DNA of 64,000 bases from Candidatus Melainabacteria bacterium 17Bon1m (GCA_032128875.1 JAVLKG010000007.1:288001-352000), one strand, 5' to 3'. Positions 1-10,458 are shown, counted from the stretch's first letter. The notes: generated by a model from the sequence alone, not told the origin. Translations and numbers: made by a program.

Positions 1-1205
1 CGTTGAAGCAAGCGTGCTACACCTTTGGCACTGCCGAGCTGCAAGACCTGCTCTACCGGGGCGAAGTCGACGCCGAGGTCAAGGCTTGAAGTACAAACAA
101 CGCAGCGCAATTTGCTGTCCCGCACTGCATCTTCTACGAATTTGCGCGTCTCTCGATCTAGTGAACCATGATGCAGCGCGATTTCTCCGGCCCATTCCGG
201 TCGGACTATAAGCAGTGCTTGGTACCACATTTCACACTGGGAGCGTGTATTGGTAAACACCAGCGATGTTTTCGCTTTTTCGATTGTTTGAGCGACTTGC
301 TCCACCATGGGCAAGCCGAGGTGCCCCGCCCATGGGAAATTCTCCACTGATTCCGGCAGCAGTGATACAAAGCTGATTTCTTTGTCGATGTTTGACGTAA
401 TGCGGCGGGTCGTGCTGGCATTGATTCCGCACAGTGTGTGCATAGCCTCGTCTGTATTGCCCAGGGTTGCGGACATTCCCCACGTTCGCAGATTAGGATT
501 GAGCACTCGCAATCGAGCAAGCGCCAGCTCTGTCATTGTGCCGCGCTTTGTTCCCATGAGTTCATGCCATTCATCAACTACTACGAGTTTTAAATTCGCA
601 AACATCTTCTGATTGTCTGCGTATGAAAGCAGCAGCGACAGACTCTCGGGTGTTGTGATCAAAGCCGAAGGCAATTCTTTCTTTTGGCGAGCTTTGATGC
701 TTGCAGAGGTATCACCGGTGCGTGTTTCCAGCGACCAATTCAGAGATAATCCGTCCAGCATCTCTCGCAATGACTTTTCTGTGTCGCCGGCAAGTGCACG
801 CAGTGGAGTCAACCAGAGCACTGTTAGTGGTGGCGTCGTGACTTCTGTAGCGCCACTAGAAAGCGACTCCTCAAGCCATTCGATCAGTGGTGCCGGCCAG
901 ATGGCGAAGGTTTTTCCTGTGCCGGTAGATGAATGAATCAATCCACTTTCGCCTTTTAGATACGCGTCCCATGTTTCCTTCTGGAATTGAAACGGCTCCC
1001 AGCCTTGCCGCGAAAACCAGTCTTCGACAAGCTCTCGCCCTCCGCTTGTTTGCTTGCTGATACTCTCTAGTGCAACAGTAGTTGTGCGTTTCTTTCTGCT
1101 GTTGCTTGGTTTGCGCGAAAGCTCCTCCCTTTTTCGTTGAAGCTCTTCTCTCTTCTTGAACATGTTTGGTCGCTTTCTTCGCCTATTGCCCATCGGTTCG
1201 TTCAT
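1..1205 (-). CDS. Ligase-associated DEXH-box (Lhr-like) helicase, 5' part; runs off the window edge
   Basis: Not in the ORF track; translated by hand: WFSRQGWEPFQFQKETW...GLIHSSTGTGKT (Walker A), LWLTPLRAL, RTGDT, LITTPESL, VVVDEWHELMGTKRG, GLSATLGN. The ATG at 1205 overlaps the ligase stop (ATGA); alternative ATG at 1193. Confidence 0.92.
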   Translation of the reverse strand, partial: MNEPMGNRRRKRPNMFKKREELQRKREELSRKPSNSRKKRTTTVALESISKQTSGGRELVEDWFSRQGWEPFQFQKETWDAYLKGESGLIHSSTGTGKTFAIWPAPLIEWLEESLSSGATEVTTPPLTVLWLTPLRALAGDTEKSLREMLDGLSLNWSLETRTGDTSASIKARQKKELPSALITTPESLSLLLSYADNQKMFANLKLVVVDEWHELMGTKRGTMTELALARLRVLNPNLRTWGMSATLGNTDEAMHTLCGINASTTRRITSNIDKEISFVSLLPESVENFPWAGHLGLPMVEQVAQTIEKAKTSLVFTNTRSQCEMWYQALLIVRPEWAGEIALHHGSLDRETRKFVEDAVRDSKLRCVVCTSSLDLGVDFAPVEQVLQLGSAKGVARLLQ

Positions 1206-2833
1206 TGAGAGCTGCCTCCGTTAATGAGAGAGGACAGCGTTTCGAGTGAATCAGCTTCTTGCATCGGCTTGTCCGTGCGCCATCTGGCGATGCGGGGGAA
1301 ACGCACTGCTACACCGGATTTGTGGCGGGGGGAATGTTGGATGCCTTCGAAGGCAATTTCGAAAACCAGCTCTGGCTTTACGGTGCGAACCGGTCCGAAT
1401 TTCTCCAAGGTGTTCTGCCGTATGAATGCATCGACTTGGCGAATTTCGGCGTCATCCAGCCCGGAATAAGCTTTTGCGACAGGTACTAGTTTGCCGTCGT
1501 GCCAGACGCCGAATGTGTAATCGGTGTAAAGACTCGCTCGTTTGCCGTGTCCCCGTTGTGCGTAGATGAGCACGGCGTCGATGGAAAACGGATTCACTTT
1601 CCACTTCCACCAGTCGCCTTTGCGTCTCCCGACACCGTACGCGGAATCGGCACGCTTGAGCATAATGCCTTCCACTTTCAAATCGCGACTGTTTGTGCGC
1701 GATTCGGCGAGTTCGTCCCAGGTGGCAACCATAAGGCTTGGCGATACACGAAATATCGGATTCATTTGTCCTCGACAGCTTGGTGCTGCATCGAGAGCGC
1801 CAGGCGTCAGGAGTTGCACCAGCATTTTTCGACGTTGGCTCATTGGCTGGCTGCGCACGTCAATGCCGTTGTGCTCGAGAATGTCGTAAGCCATCAGGGC
1901 TACTGGAATTTCTTGCAATAGTTTTTTGCTTAGCGATTTGCGTGTGATGCGCTTTTGCAGAAGGTTGAACGGCAGCACTTCTCCTTCTGCCCAAGCAAGA
2001 ATCTCTCCGTCAATCACTGTTCCATCCGGTAATTGCTCGGCTGCCTCCATAAGCTCCGGGAAGCGCTCGCTGATAAGTTCTTCGCCCCGTGACCAGATGA
2101 ATGTTTTTCCTTCTCGCCGAATTAACTGCGAGCGAATACCGTCCCACTTCCACTCCGCCAGCCAATCCGAAATTTCGCCAAGTGCCTCCGGCTCTTGCTC
2201 GAGCGGATAGGCGAGGTAGAAGGGATATGGTCTGCTGGCGTCGGCGTCTTGAGTGTCGGAAGAAAATAGTCCAGTGAAAAACTCTTCAGTGGGGCTCCAG
2301 TCGCCCATCAAGCGATGCGCGATCGTCGGCTCGTCAACGCCGGACGTTTTGCTCAGAGCCTTAACCACGAGGAGTTGCGACACTCCAATGCGAAAGCTGC
2401 CTGTGATGATCTTGTTCATCACCAAACGTTCCGATGTGGAAAGCTCATTCCAATATTTGACCAAAAGTTGTTTCTGCTCTGCCTCTGGTTTTGAACGCAA
2501 CGGCATGAGGCGGTCTTCCACCCATTCTCTGAGTGGAACATCAGAATTGTTGGTTGGCGGGGGCAAGAGCAGAGCGATTGTTTCTGCCAGGTCTCCAACT
2601 GCATCGTATGACTCTCCGAAGAGCCAGTCGGAGAGCCCGGCCTGTTCTTTGACGCACTCAGCCAAACGTGCAGTCGGAACAAGCTGTCTGAGTTTTCTGC
2701 CAGTCAATAAATACACTGTCCATGCGCCATCTGCTGGTGTGCAGGTAGAGAAATACTCGCTCATGGCGGTGACTTTTTCCGTTGTTTTTGTTGTTTCGTC
2801 CAGAGCGACGAAAAGTCTGGTGAAGTGCTTCAT
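1202..2833 (-). CDS. ATP-dependent DNA ligase
   Basis: EWKWDGIR (motif I, KxDG), DGEI, YDILE, EGIMLK, WWKWK, VRFPRI; lies between the exonuclease and helicase genes. Confidence 0.96.
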   Translation of the reverse strand: MKHFTRLFVALDETTKTTEKVTAMSEYFSTCTPADGAWTVYLLTGRKLRQLVPTARLAECVKEQAGLSDWLFGESYDAVGDLAETIALLLPPPTNNSDVPLREWVEDRLMPLRSKPEAEQKQLLVKYWNELSTSERLVMNKIITGSFRIGVSQLLVVKALSKTSGVDEPTIAHRLMGDWSPTEEFFTGLFSSDTQDADASRPYPFYLAYPLEQEPEALGEISDWLAEWKWDGIRSQLIRREGKTFIWSRGEELISERFPELMEAAEQLPDGTVIDGEILAWAEGEVLPFNLLQKRITRKSLSKKLLQEIPVALMAYDILEHNGIDVRSQPMSQRRKMLVQLLTPGALDAAPSCRGQMNPIFRVSPSLMVATWDELAESRTNSRDLKVEGIMLKRADSAYGVGRRKGDWWKWKVNPFSIDAVLIYAQRGHGKRASLYTDYTFGVWHDGKLVPVAKAYSGLDDAEIRQVDAFIRQNTLEKFGPVRTVKPELVFEIAFEGIQHSPRHKSGVAVRFPRIARWRTDKPMQEADSLETLSSLINGGSSQ

Positions 2834-3948
2834 TCCTGCACCTCAATTTTGTAGTCGGCAGTTTCTGTTTCATCTGCGGAATCTCTTACATCTCCAAAAG
2901 CAGCGTCCCCTGCGGGTTTGAAATCTGGATCAGTACTAGTTTCCTCTGCAGCAGATGTTTCTTCCTCGCCTTCGTATTGAGTCGATAGCGTGCCGGCGTT
3001 AAGCCCCTGGTCCTGCAAATAGCGAACGAGAATTTGTGAGTAGCCGTGCGTGACGAGTATATTTTCAGCACCGGTGAGATGAATAGCTTTCAGCAAGGAC
3101 TGCCAATCGCAGTGGTCGGAGACGGGAAAGCCTTTGTCCAGTGAGCGCCTGCGGCGAATGCCTCGCACGCGCATCCAGCCGGATGCGAAGGCGGCAGAGA
3201 CTGGATTGAGTTGCCTTTGCCAGGGTGTGCCATATGCCGAAGGCGGAGCTAAAACAAGCGCACCTGCGAACTTTGTGCCCCGCGTCATTGACGATAGCCG
3301 TGCAGTTTCGGGCAGCGCGACGCCGGAACTCAAATATACTTGATTCAGTGATTCCACTGCGCCGTGAGTGTAAATTGGTCCGATTGAAGTGTCGACGCCT
3401 TTGAGCAGCCGCTGTGCTTTCCCGAGCGCGTATGCCAGCAGCAGGCTCGTCTTTCCATCTCGCTTGTTTTTCTCCCACCAGGCATTGATGTCGGTGAAGA
3501 GTTCGTCATTGGATTGCCACGCATAGATTGGCAGGCCGAAAGTCGACTCTGTGATAAACGTATGGCAGCGAACAGGTTCGTACGGCGCGCAGGTCGGGTC
3601 CGGGTCGAGTTTGTAGTCGCCAGAAACCGCCCAGACTTCGCCCTTTCGCTCAACACGAATTTGCGACGAGCCCAGTATGTGCCCGGCGGGGTGGAACGAG
3701 ACGGTGGTGTCATTGAGAGTGAGTTTTTGCCCGTAGGGGACGGATTCAATCGGCGCTTCCTGGCCGATGCGATGGCGTAACACCTTGGCGCCCGGCTCGG
3801 CGCAGAGGTATTTGTTGCTGCCCCAGCGCGCATGGTCCGAATGGGCATGCGTCACGATTGCGCGCTCGACTGGGCGCCACGGGTCGATGTAAAAATCGCC
3901 TGCCTCGCAGTAAAGTCCCTTGTCGGTGGCGTAAATAAGCTTACTCAC
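2830..3948 (-). CDS. Ligase-associated DNA damage response exonuclease (MBL/beta-CASP fold)
   Basis: DFYIDPWRPVERAIVTHAHSDHA, PAGHILGS, SGDYK, ITESTFGLP, YALGKAQR, SDHCDW, THG; overlaps the ligase start by 4 nt. Confidence 0.93.
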   Translation of the reverse strand: MSKLIYATDKGLYCEAGDFYIDPWRPVERAIVTHAHSDHARWGSNKYLCAEPGAKVLRHRIGQEAPIESVPYGQKLTLNDTTVSFHPAGHILGSSQIRVERKGEVWAVSGDYKLDPDPTCAPYEPVRCHTFITESTFGLPIYAWQSNDELFTDINAWWEKNKRDGKTSLLLAYALGKAQRLLKGVDTSIGPIYTHGAVESLNQVYLSSGVALPETARLSSMTRGTKFAGALVLAPPSAYGTPWQRQLNPVSAAFASGWMRVRGIRRRRSLDKGFPVSDHCDWQSLLKAIHLTGAENILVTHGYSQILVRYLQDQGLNAGTLSTQYEGEEETSAAEETSTDPDFKPAGDAAFGDVRDSADETETADYKIEVQE

Positions 3949-4233
3949 AACCCTAATTTAAGCGTCTTGTCTGACCAGTTGGTGAACACGTCATTCTTTG
4001 ATCAGTTTTTGTTGCCTCGTTTGCTGCCTCGATGAAATGACAGAGTTGGTCGATGCTTGTTCCTTATACTAAAGAAAACAGTAGAGATCGGCGAAAAAAT
4101 GAAAACGGTCGATTCTGTCGGGGTTTTCGAGCCCAGAGCAAAATCGACCGTTTCGTTGAAGTGGAGGGGTGCGAATTGGAAAACAAACTCGTTAGAGCTG
4201 TTTTCAGAAATCGCGCATTGCCGTCAGTCGATG

Positions 4234-4629
4234 CTACTTGCCGCATGTGCAAGTGCATTTACCGCAAGGCAGATAGACAGGCGATGACGTCGGCTCCGGA
4301 AGTTTTGCAGCTTCGGGGTTGCGAACGTCTGACTGCCTGGTGCCCGTGTGGGGGACTTCGGCGACAGGAGCTGAGGCTTGAGCGTTTTCCTGGGAAACAT
4401 CAGCAGAGACAGACGCCGAGACTTTGTCTTCAGCAGTCTTTCGCTTTCTGGGTTTCCTGGGAGGTTTGCCCGCCGCTTGCTCCAAGATTTCCTTCGCATA
4501 CTTTGCACAGGTGCCGCACTGAGTTCCGACCTTGAGTTCTTGGGTCATCTTCTTCCAGGCGCAGCCGTGCTGTTTTGCGAATTCTTTGATCATGCCGTCG
4601 GTGACGGCGTGGCAGCTACATATCCACAT
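4234..4629 (-). CDS. Bfd-like [2Fe-2S] protein with a long C-terminal extension
   Basis: MWICSCHAVTD...VGTQCGTC matches the Bfd CxC...CxxC pattern; GAGG RBS upstream. Confidence 0.8.
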   Translation of the reverse strand: MWICSCHAVTDGMIKEFAKQHGCAWKKMTQELKVGTQCGTCAKYAKEILEQAAGKPPRKPRKRKTAEDKVSASVSADVSQENAQASAPVAEVPHTGTRQSDVRNPEAAKLPEPTSSPVYLPCGKCTCTCGK

Positions 4630-4872
4630 AGCATTTTCCTCTGCTTAACGAGCGCGGCGCCTAATGTTTCCGTGCAGGAATCAATAACGGCAGCTTTACC
4701 CAAAATCAAAATCGGTTCTTCTGGCAGTGACCGGTCGAGTCGCAGCTATGCCAACGAGATTTCCAACTTGCACGTCGGTTGCACTCCGCAAGGCGGATAA
4801 CTAAATGCAAGGCTGGAGCGTCGGTGTTGCGGTCTGTGTTGAGGTCTTGAAGTCGGAGGTGAAAAAGAAGAA

Positions 4873-4907
4873 CGCTATTACCCTAGAAGATCTCTTCTGG
4901 AATTCAA
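4873..4907 (-). promoter_or_regulatory. Putative promoter TTGAAT-N18-GGGTAATAGC
   Basis: One of four similar motifs upstream of long 5' leaders (see findings). Confidence 0.35.
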
Positions 4908-5439
4908 AAAGCGCTGTACGGGTTTAACAAAGCTCAAGACTGTAATCCTGTCTGGAAAAACGTTTCCGGCTTTTACCGGAGCCAAAATCAAGGAAAACTC
5001 TGAGCCAAAGCTAATTGATAACAGACTCGCGCGTTAGCTCATTTGTGTGCATCGCGTTACTTTGTAACGGACCATTTCATGCTGTGCCAGCTTTCGCGGT
5101 CTCTTGACATAAATTGCGCGCACGAGCCGGTTCATGAGTTTTCAAATCGGCGACTGCGAGATTCTCAACAGGAGTAAAACATGATTGAACAAATTGCTCT
5201 TACTGATAGAGCCAGGTCAGGATTTTCTGCAAAACAGGACGCCAAAGCCCGGGGTCAAAGCGGCAATATAAATGTAGCGCCGAATGCTCTTTTTCAAGGA
5301 CTGGTATGCGTTTTGCGGGTTTCAAAGGGTTTCGTGTTTTCCCCATTGAAAGCGGAAGGGCAAACTTTCATACTGCTGTCATCGCATAGGCTGAATGCGA
5401 TGCCATCCTCCCTCCTAAAAATCTCACGGTATTAAAAAC

Positions 5440-7701
5440 ATGGTAGAACAAACCTCTGCGCTCGGCAGGGGTCAGCAGTCTGCTGCCCTCGACGTGCCAT
5501 CCAATCAGCCCGAAAAGTCTTCCAACATAATCAATGAATTCGCCTCCGGAGTCTGGCAAGGCTCAGTAACCAACAAGGTGAACGGAGTAGCTCAACTGTT
5601 CGGCGCCGACGTCAAAACGCCGGAAGTAAAACGAAACACCGCACAGACAGTGGCTCACACTGCAGGTGAAGTGACCGGCGACTTGATCGACTTCATGATC
5701 ATGACCAAATTCGCTGGCAACGCTCTCGCCAAATTCGCACCCGAAATCGCAGCAACCAGCAAGGTTGGCGAGTATGTTGCACTCAATCCAGTCGGACGCA
5801 ATATGGCTGTTGGTGGAACAGTGGGTCTCGTCAACGGCATGATCTTGACGCCTACAAAAGAAGGCGAAAGCGGTTGGAACAGACTCGGTCGTGGCGTCAC
5901 AGATGCTGCCACCTTTGCCACTCTTGGTGGTGTCGCTACAAAACTCGCGCCGATGGCTGAAGGAACAGGCTTCATGGGTCGCATGAAGATGAACGCCTAC
6001 TCCGGTGCCGCCGCCGGTGTAGTCAACTCCGAAGTCGATGGTTTGACGCACGGACGTCAGGTCGGGCTCGGTGAGATGGCGACCAACACCGCCGCCTGGA
6101 CACTCGGTAACGTCGCATTCGGTGAAGCACTCCACGGACTCGGCGCTGCCAGCAAGAAATTCATGCCGAAGCATGAGCCTTTCGAAGCTAGCGTGAGCAA
6201 TATGTCTGGTCTGAAAGACTGGGAAGTCAACGTCATGAAACGGGACATCGAAGCTGCCAGAGCCAAGGTTGCTGCCAGCACTGGCGCGTCCGAAGCTGCT
6301 GCAAGCACCGGCGCCACCGCCGAAGCTACAGTGATGAGAAGTGTGGCGCACGAACCGCAAGATCCGAAGTTGCTCGAAGGAATTCGCGCAGCGTCTAAGG
6401 GTCACGTCGAAGACGGACATTCGCATGGCGCCGGCAAAGGCGATTTCAAATCGGTAGTCGAAGAAGGAGCAGCGGTAGATCCTGCCAATCCGCGCCGACT
6501 TCAACCTGGCGAGTCTGCCAAAGTCACTGAAGTAAACGGCGGAGAGCCTGTCGATGGCGCACGCGGTGAGAATACTCTTCCCGCCCTGCGTGTAGCAGTT
6601 GCTCCCAAAGAAGGCGAAGTAAAAGTTGCTGTTGAAGGCGACGCTGCCGGTGCTAAGAAGGGCGAAGGCGTTGAAGGCGAAGTCGCGCAGACAAGAGATC
6701 GCACTCGCAACAACGTCATGCTCGACAAGGGCGAAACCTTGAGTATGAGAGAGCTGTACGCTAAAAATCCTGATGAAGCAGACAAACTACTTGCAGAATA
6801 CATGGGCAAACTCGAGAAAGCATTCCCTCTGGAAGGAGAAATCGAGTCGGCTGCAGTCTACAAAGAGTATCTCACCAAGCCGGGCGGAACCTGGGATATG
6901 GTGGTTCTCAGAGACAAAGCGCAGAACATCGTCGGCGGTATTCAGTATCAAGTCATCGATGTAAACGGTCAGCAGATCGGCAAAGCCGCATGGGGCGAGC
7001 ACATCTGGTTGGATGAAGCTTCCAGAAATGCGCCCAACTTCTACGGCTTGCTCAGCATCGCTCGCGAAAGCATTCAAAAAGCGAAAGGCGAAATCGTCTT
7101 CATGGAGTTCAACAACCCAGATAAGATGAGCGTCGAGCAAATGCTCATGGACGAGGCTGCCGGACTATCTGCCAAAGACAGAGAAAAAATCTGGGGTCGC
7201 ACAGGCATTCACGTGCTCGTGGACAGCAAAGGAAAGGTTCTCGAGTATGGTCAACCGGCGATGTCCTCTGAGGATCCGCCCGTTATGTTCCTCTCGCTCG
7301 GTTTCATCTCGACCAAGCCCCTGGGCGGTCAGATGTTGCCGAAAGAAGACTACCTCAAGCTCATGCATGCCGCACACAAGACCATTCCGTCGGTCAATAT
7401 CGAAACTGACGCGACCGTGAAGTGGTACACCGATGCAGTCAATGCGACGGGCGAAAATGCTTTTACCTATGTTCCGTTGAACGCATTGGGAATTGCTCGC
7501 GAGGCTGGTCAAAAGGCTGCTCAAGAAGCGATGCAGAGAGAAACTGCAAAGCACATCGCCAAAGTAATGAGCACGACAGAGCTGAAGGATGCGATCGCCA
7601 AGCTGGTCGCAGAAAACAGAGCAACGCCGGAAGCGCTGCAAGCTCTCGTCGAGCAAGCTGCATTGCAATCAATGCTGGCTGGCGCACGCAAAGGAAAATA
7701 G
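5440..7701 (+). CDS. Large protein: Gly-rich hydrophobic N-module, linker, C-terminal GNAT-like domain
   Basis: 753 aa ORF. C-terminal MVVLRD..IVGGIQY...EHIWLDEASRN..LL...IVFMEFNNP...REKIWGRTG...YGQP resembles a GNAT acetyltransferase fold. Confidence 0.6.
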   Translation: MVEQTSALGRGQQSAALDVPSNQPEKSSNIINEFASGVWQGSVTNKVNGVAQLFGADVKTPEVKRNTAQTVAHTAGEVTGDLIDFMIMTKFAGNALAKFAPEIAATSKVGEYVALNPVGRNMAVGGTVGLVNGMILTPTKEGESGWNRLGRGVTDAATFATLGGVATKLAPMAEGTGFMGRMKMNAYSGAAAGVVNSEVDGLTHGRQVGLGEMATNTAAWTLGNVAFGEALHGLGAASKKFMPKHEPFEASVSNMSGLKDWEVNVMKRDIEAARAKVAASTGASEAAASTGATAEATVMRSVAHEPQDPKLLEGIRAASKGHVEDGHSHGAGKGDFKSVVEEGAAVDPANPRRLQPGESAKVTEVNGGEPVDGARGENTLPALRVAVAPKEGEVKVAVEGDAAGAKKGEGVEGEVAQTRDRTRNNVMLDKGETLSMRELYAKNPDEADKLLAEYMGKLEKAFPLEGEIESAAVYKEYLTKPGGTWDMVVLRDKAQNIVGGIQYQVIDVNGQQIGKAAWGEHIWLDEASRNAPNFYGLLSIARESIQKAKGEIVFMEFNNPDKMSVEQMLMDEAAGLSAKDREKIWGRTGIHVLVDSKGKVLEYGQPAMSSEDPPVMFLSLGFISTKPLGGQMLPKEDYLKLMHAAHKTIPSVNIETDATVKWYTDAVNATGENAFTYVPLNALGIAREAGQKAAQEAMQRETAKHIAKVMSTTELKDAIAKLVAENRATPEALQALVEQAALQSMLAGARKGK

Positions 7702-7763
7702 ACGGCAACCACGCATTCACTCTAAGAGGAAAGTAGTTCACCAAAGATCAAATAGAGATCTAG

Positions 7764-7800
7764 ATCTGCGGATTCGCAGATCGGCAGATCCGCAGAATTT
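7764..7800 (+). terminator. Stem-loop downstream of the 753-aa gene
   Basis: TCTGCGGAT...ATCCGCAGA inverted repeat followed by ATTTT. Confidence 0.4.
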
Positions 7801-8176
7801 GACGGACCGACCTAGGTCATGTCCAGTTGAAGTCAGGCACGCGACAAATAATAAGAGGGTCGAGAAATCGACCCTTTTGCATTGAGATTTAACGACTTCA
7901 AAATCTCATGTCGAGAAAATGCCAAAACAAAATGCGAAAGTTAAAACATCGCACAATTGCTGCTAAACCCCAACTGGTTGGGAGTTTGCTCCAATTGCCC
8001 GCAAGTTTTCCGAAGGAACACGTAAGCCAGGAGAAAGCGTTGAAAGCCACCAAAGTTCGCACATTTAACCGAAAAGTGGGATTTTCACGTATTAACACTC
8101 CCGCAAAATTTCCATACCATAGGTTCCTAAGGACCGCTCTTGCGGATTTCCATCCCCCATCACCTTCGAGAAAAAT

Positions 8177-10360
8177 ATGACTGAAAATGCACCCGCGGTA
8201 CGCCATACCGCGAGAACCCACTTTGCGGGTTTTAGATCAGGTGGAGATAGCTCTCTGGGCTCCAGTAGCGCTGGAAGCGATTCTACAGGTTCGGTAAGTG
8301 CCGAAGTCGGTGGCGAATTGACGTCCCTCACGGGCAACCGTCGCTTTGGTCTTCGCAGCAGCGAGAAGGTGGCCAAGGCCGAAACAACTCCAGTCCGCGA
8401 CTGGCGCACCAACAATCTTTTGGCCGAACAAATCGGCGGTGACATGACACTCACGCCGCTTAACGGCGAATACAATTCAATCTACTCGGCGGCAAACCAG
8501 CTCGGCAAAAGAAAAGCTGGGGATCAAGCGACAGCGCAAACAAGCGATCGCGCGGAGCCGAATCTATACGCATTCAACGGCGCCAAGACCGAAGGTAAAT
8601 TCGATCCGAAGAAGTCGGTAGCAGAGCTGCTTACTGATGCTTCCCTTCAAGGCAAGTTGCGCATCGCCGACCAAGTAGCAAATCCGAACGACGCTGCAAG
8701 AATTGCCGATAGGCTCGGACCTGGCGACAAGCCAAACATCAAGGTTGTCTATCAAGATCATTCAGACAACAACCCTAATAAGCCGCAAGCTGATTTCATC
8801 GTCAAGAAAGATGGAACCATTCAGGTCGTCAACGATCATGAAAGAAATCCCGACAAAGAAATCTGCGTTGTTGTTGAACGCGCCAAGGGTGAAACCGACG
8901 CACCGCCGGCAGCACAGCAAAAAGCAACCGACGAACTGGTCGATTACCTTGCGCAAAGACTGACCGACAAATTCCCCTACCCGCAAGGTGTAGGACCTGA
9001 TGGTAAGCCGCTTGCGCAGGTGCCAATCGAAGACAAACAAAATCTTGTTTCAGACAATCTCGAGAAAAAATTCGGCAATGGCAACAAGCCTGAGGCGCCA
9101 AGCTTGCCTCAAGCTCCCGATATGCCGCAGCCCGCACGTGATATGTCTGATGCGATGAATCGTACCGCAGGCAGTGGTGGCAGCCGCAATTTTGATCGCG
9201 GGGCCGTCGATAACAACTACCCGCAACGCGATGTTCCGCAGGCAGTCAATGAATCTAATGCGGTCAATTCAGTGAAGAACGCGGTTGCTTCAGTGTTCCG
9301 CGGAGAGAACGATACTGTTAGAAAACGCAGCGATGGACGTCACCAAGTCGGGCGATACGGCATGAGTTCTGGGCACTTTGGTGGCTGGCTCGGCGACTTG
9401 CTTGGCTTGGATCTCGGTGATCCGCCGGATATGGCTAAACTGCGCGAATTGCTGAAGAATAATCCAGAACTGCGTCAAAAACTTGCTGCGGCAATGAAGA
9501 AAGCACAGCAGGGTGGGCAAGACGGAAAGGGCACCAAGTTGCCTGAAGGATTTGCAGACAAATTCCAAGTCGGTGCCGACGGCAATTTCAAAGATCAGAA
9601 ATTTGTCGATGGCTTCATGAACTTCGGCGACAAGCTATCCGGCACGAAGGGCGACATCACGAGCGCTGAAGTCAATCAGTTCATGCCGAAAGAACTTCAA
9701 GATATCATGGCGACGGATCGCGTCGAGAAGTACGCTCGCGACATGGGTGTTCAAGACCCGAGCAAAATGACCAAAGAGCAAGCCGGCGTTGTTGGCGTCG
9801 CTATGTACCTTGGTCGCATGCCGAATCAACAAGAAATGCAAGATCCTTCGTACCAAAAATACGCTTCGGATTTCGCGAACATGTATCAGATGGACCGCGC
9901 ACGGGCAACCGGTTTGGGCGACGTCAACGTGTCCGATGCCAACGGCAAAATCACTGCTTTGGCAAATGGCATGGTCGGTCAAAGACTGTGGGCTCAGACC
10001 AAGTACCGCAATTCTGTCGAAGGTGGCAACCTGGGTTGCGCCGCGTCCGTGTCGAAGGTTTTGCAAGATGCAGGATTCAGCTACGCTGACTCTGCCGGCG
10101 TTAACGACCTGGCTGCAAAACTGCAAAGACACGGTTGGCAGCGTGTTTCTGTCAATCAAGCTCAACCGGGCGACGTTATCTACGGTATGAGCGGTGCACG
10201 CCACGGTCACATCGGTATTGTCGGACCAAATGGCATTGCTTACAACAACAGCTCAAGAACCGGTCAGTGGACGGCAGGCACAGTGAGCGGGACATTCACC
10301 CGCAGATTTGGCGGCGCCACCACCGTGCTTCGTCCGCCAGATGCCAACCGCGCTGCATAA
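8177..10360 (+). CDS. Multidomain putative peptidoglycan hydrolase with a C-terminal NlpC/P60-like Cys-His domain
   Basis: C-terminal GCAASVSKVL...AQPGDVI...HGHIGIV...NNSS. Internal amidase_2-like segment (ADFIVKKDGTIQ...ICVVVE...AQQKATDELVDYL). Confidence 0.7.
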   Translation: MTENAPAVRHTARTHFAGFRSGGDSSLGSSSAGSDSTGSVSAEVGGELTSLTGNRRFGLRSSEKVAKAETTPVRDWRTNNLLAEQIGGDMTLTPLNGEYNSIYSAANQLGKRKAGDQATAQTSDRAEPNLYAFNGAKTEGKFDPKKSVAELLTDASLQGKLRIADQVANPNDAARIADRLGPGDKPNIKVVYQDHSDNNPNKPQADFIVKKDGTIQVVNDHERNPDKEICVVVERAKGETDAPPAAQQKATDELVDYLAQRLTDKFPYPQGVGPDGKPLAQVPIEDKQNLVSDNLEKKFGNGNKPEAPSLPQAPDMPQPARDMSDAMNRTAGSGGSRNFDRGAVDNNYPQRDVPQAVNESNAVNSVKNAVASVFRGENDTVRKRSDGRHQVGRYGMSSGHFGGWLGDLLGLDLGDPPDMAKLRELLKNNPELRQKLAAAMKKAQQGGQDGKGTKLPEGFADKFQVGADGNFKDQKFVDGFMNFGDKLSGTKGDITSAEVNQFMPKELQDIMATDRVEKYARDMGVQDPSKMTKEQAGVVGVAMYLGRMPNQQEMQDPSYQKYASDFANMYQMDRARATGLGDVNVSDANGKITALANGMVGQRLWAQTKYRNSVEGGNLGCAASVSKVLQDAGFSYADSAGVNDLAAKLQRHGWQRVSVNQAQPGDVIYGMSGARHGHIGIVGPNGIAYNNSSRTGQWTAGTVSGTFTRRFGGATTVLRPPDANRAA

Positions 10361-10458
10361 GCGACAGGTAGCATTCTCCGCCAATCGCGAAACTGCTGGA
10401 TCGAATTTCCGAGCTGTCGCATAACCGAGCGGTTGCATGACTGCAAATCAAAACCATC

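Noticed and set aside
5563-6504. 313-aa minus-strand ORF, and similarly 61398-62330 and 57630-58562 on the plus strand
   Set aside because: Antisense to better-supported genes.
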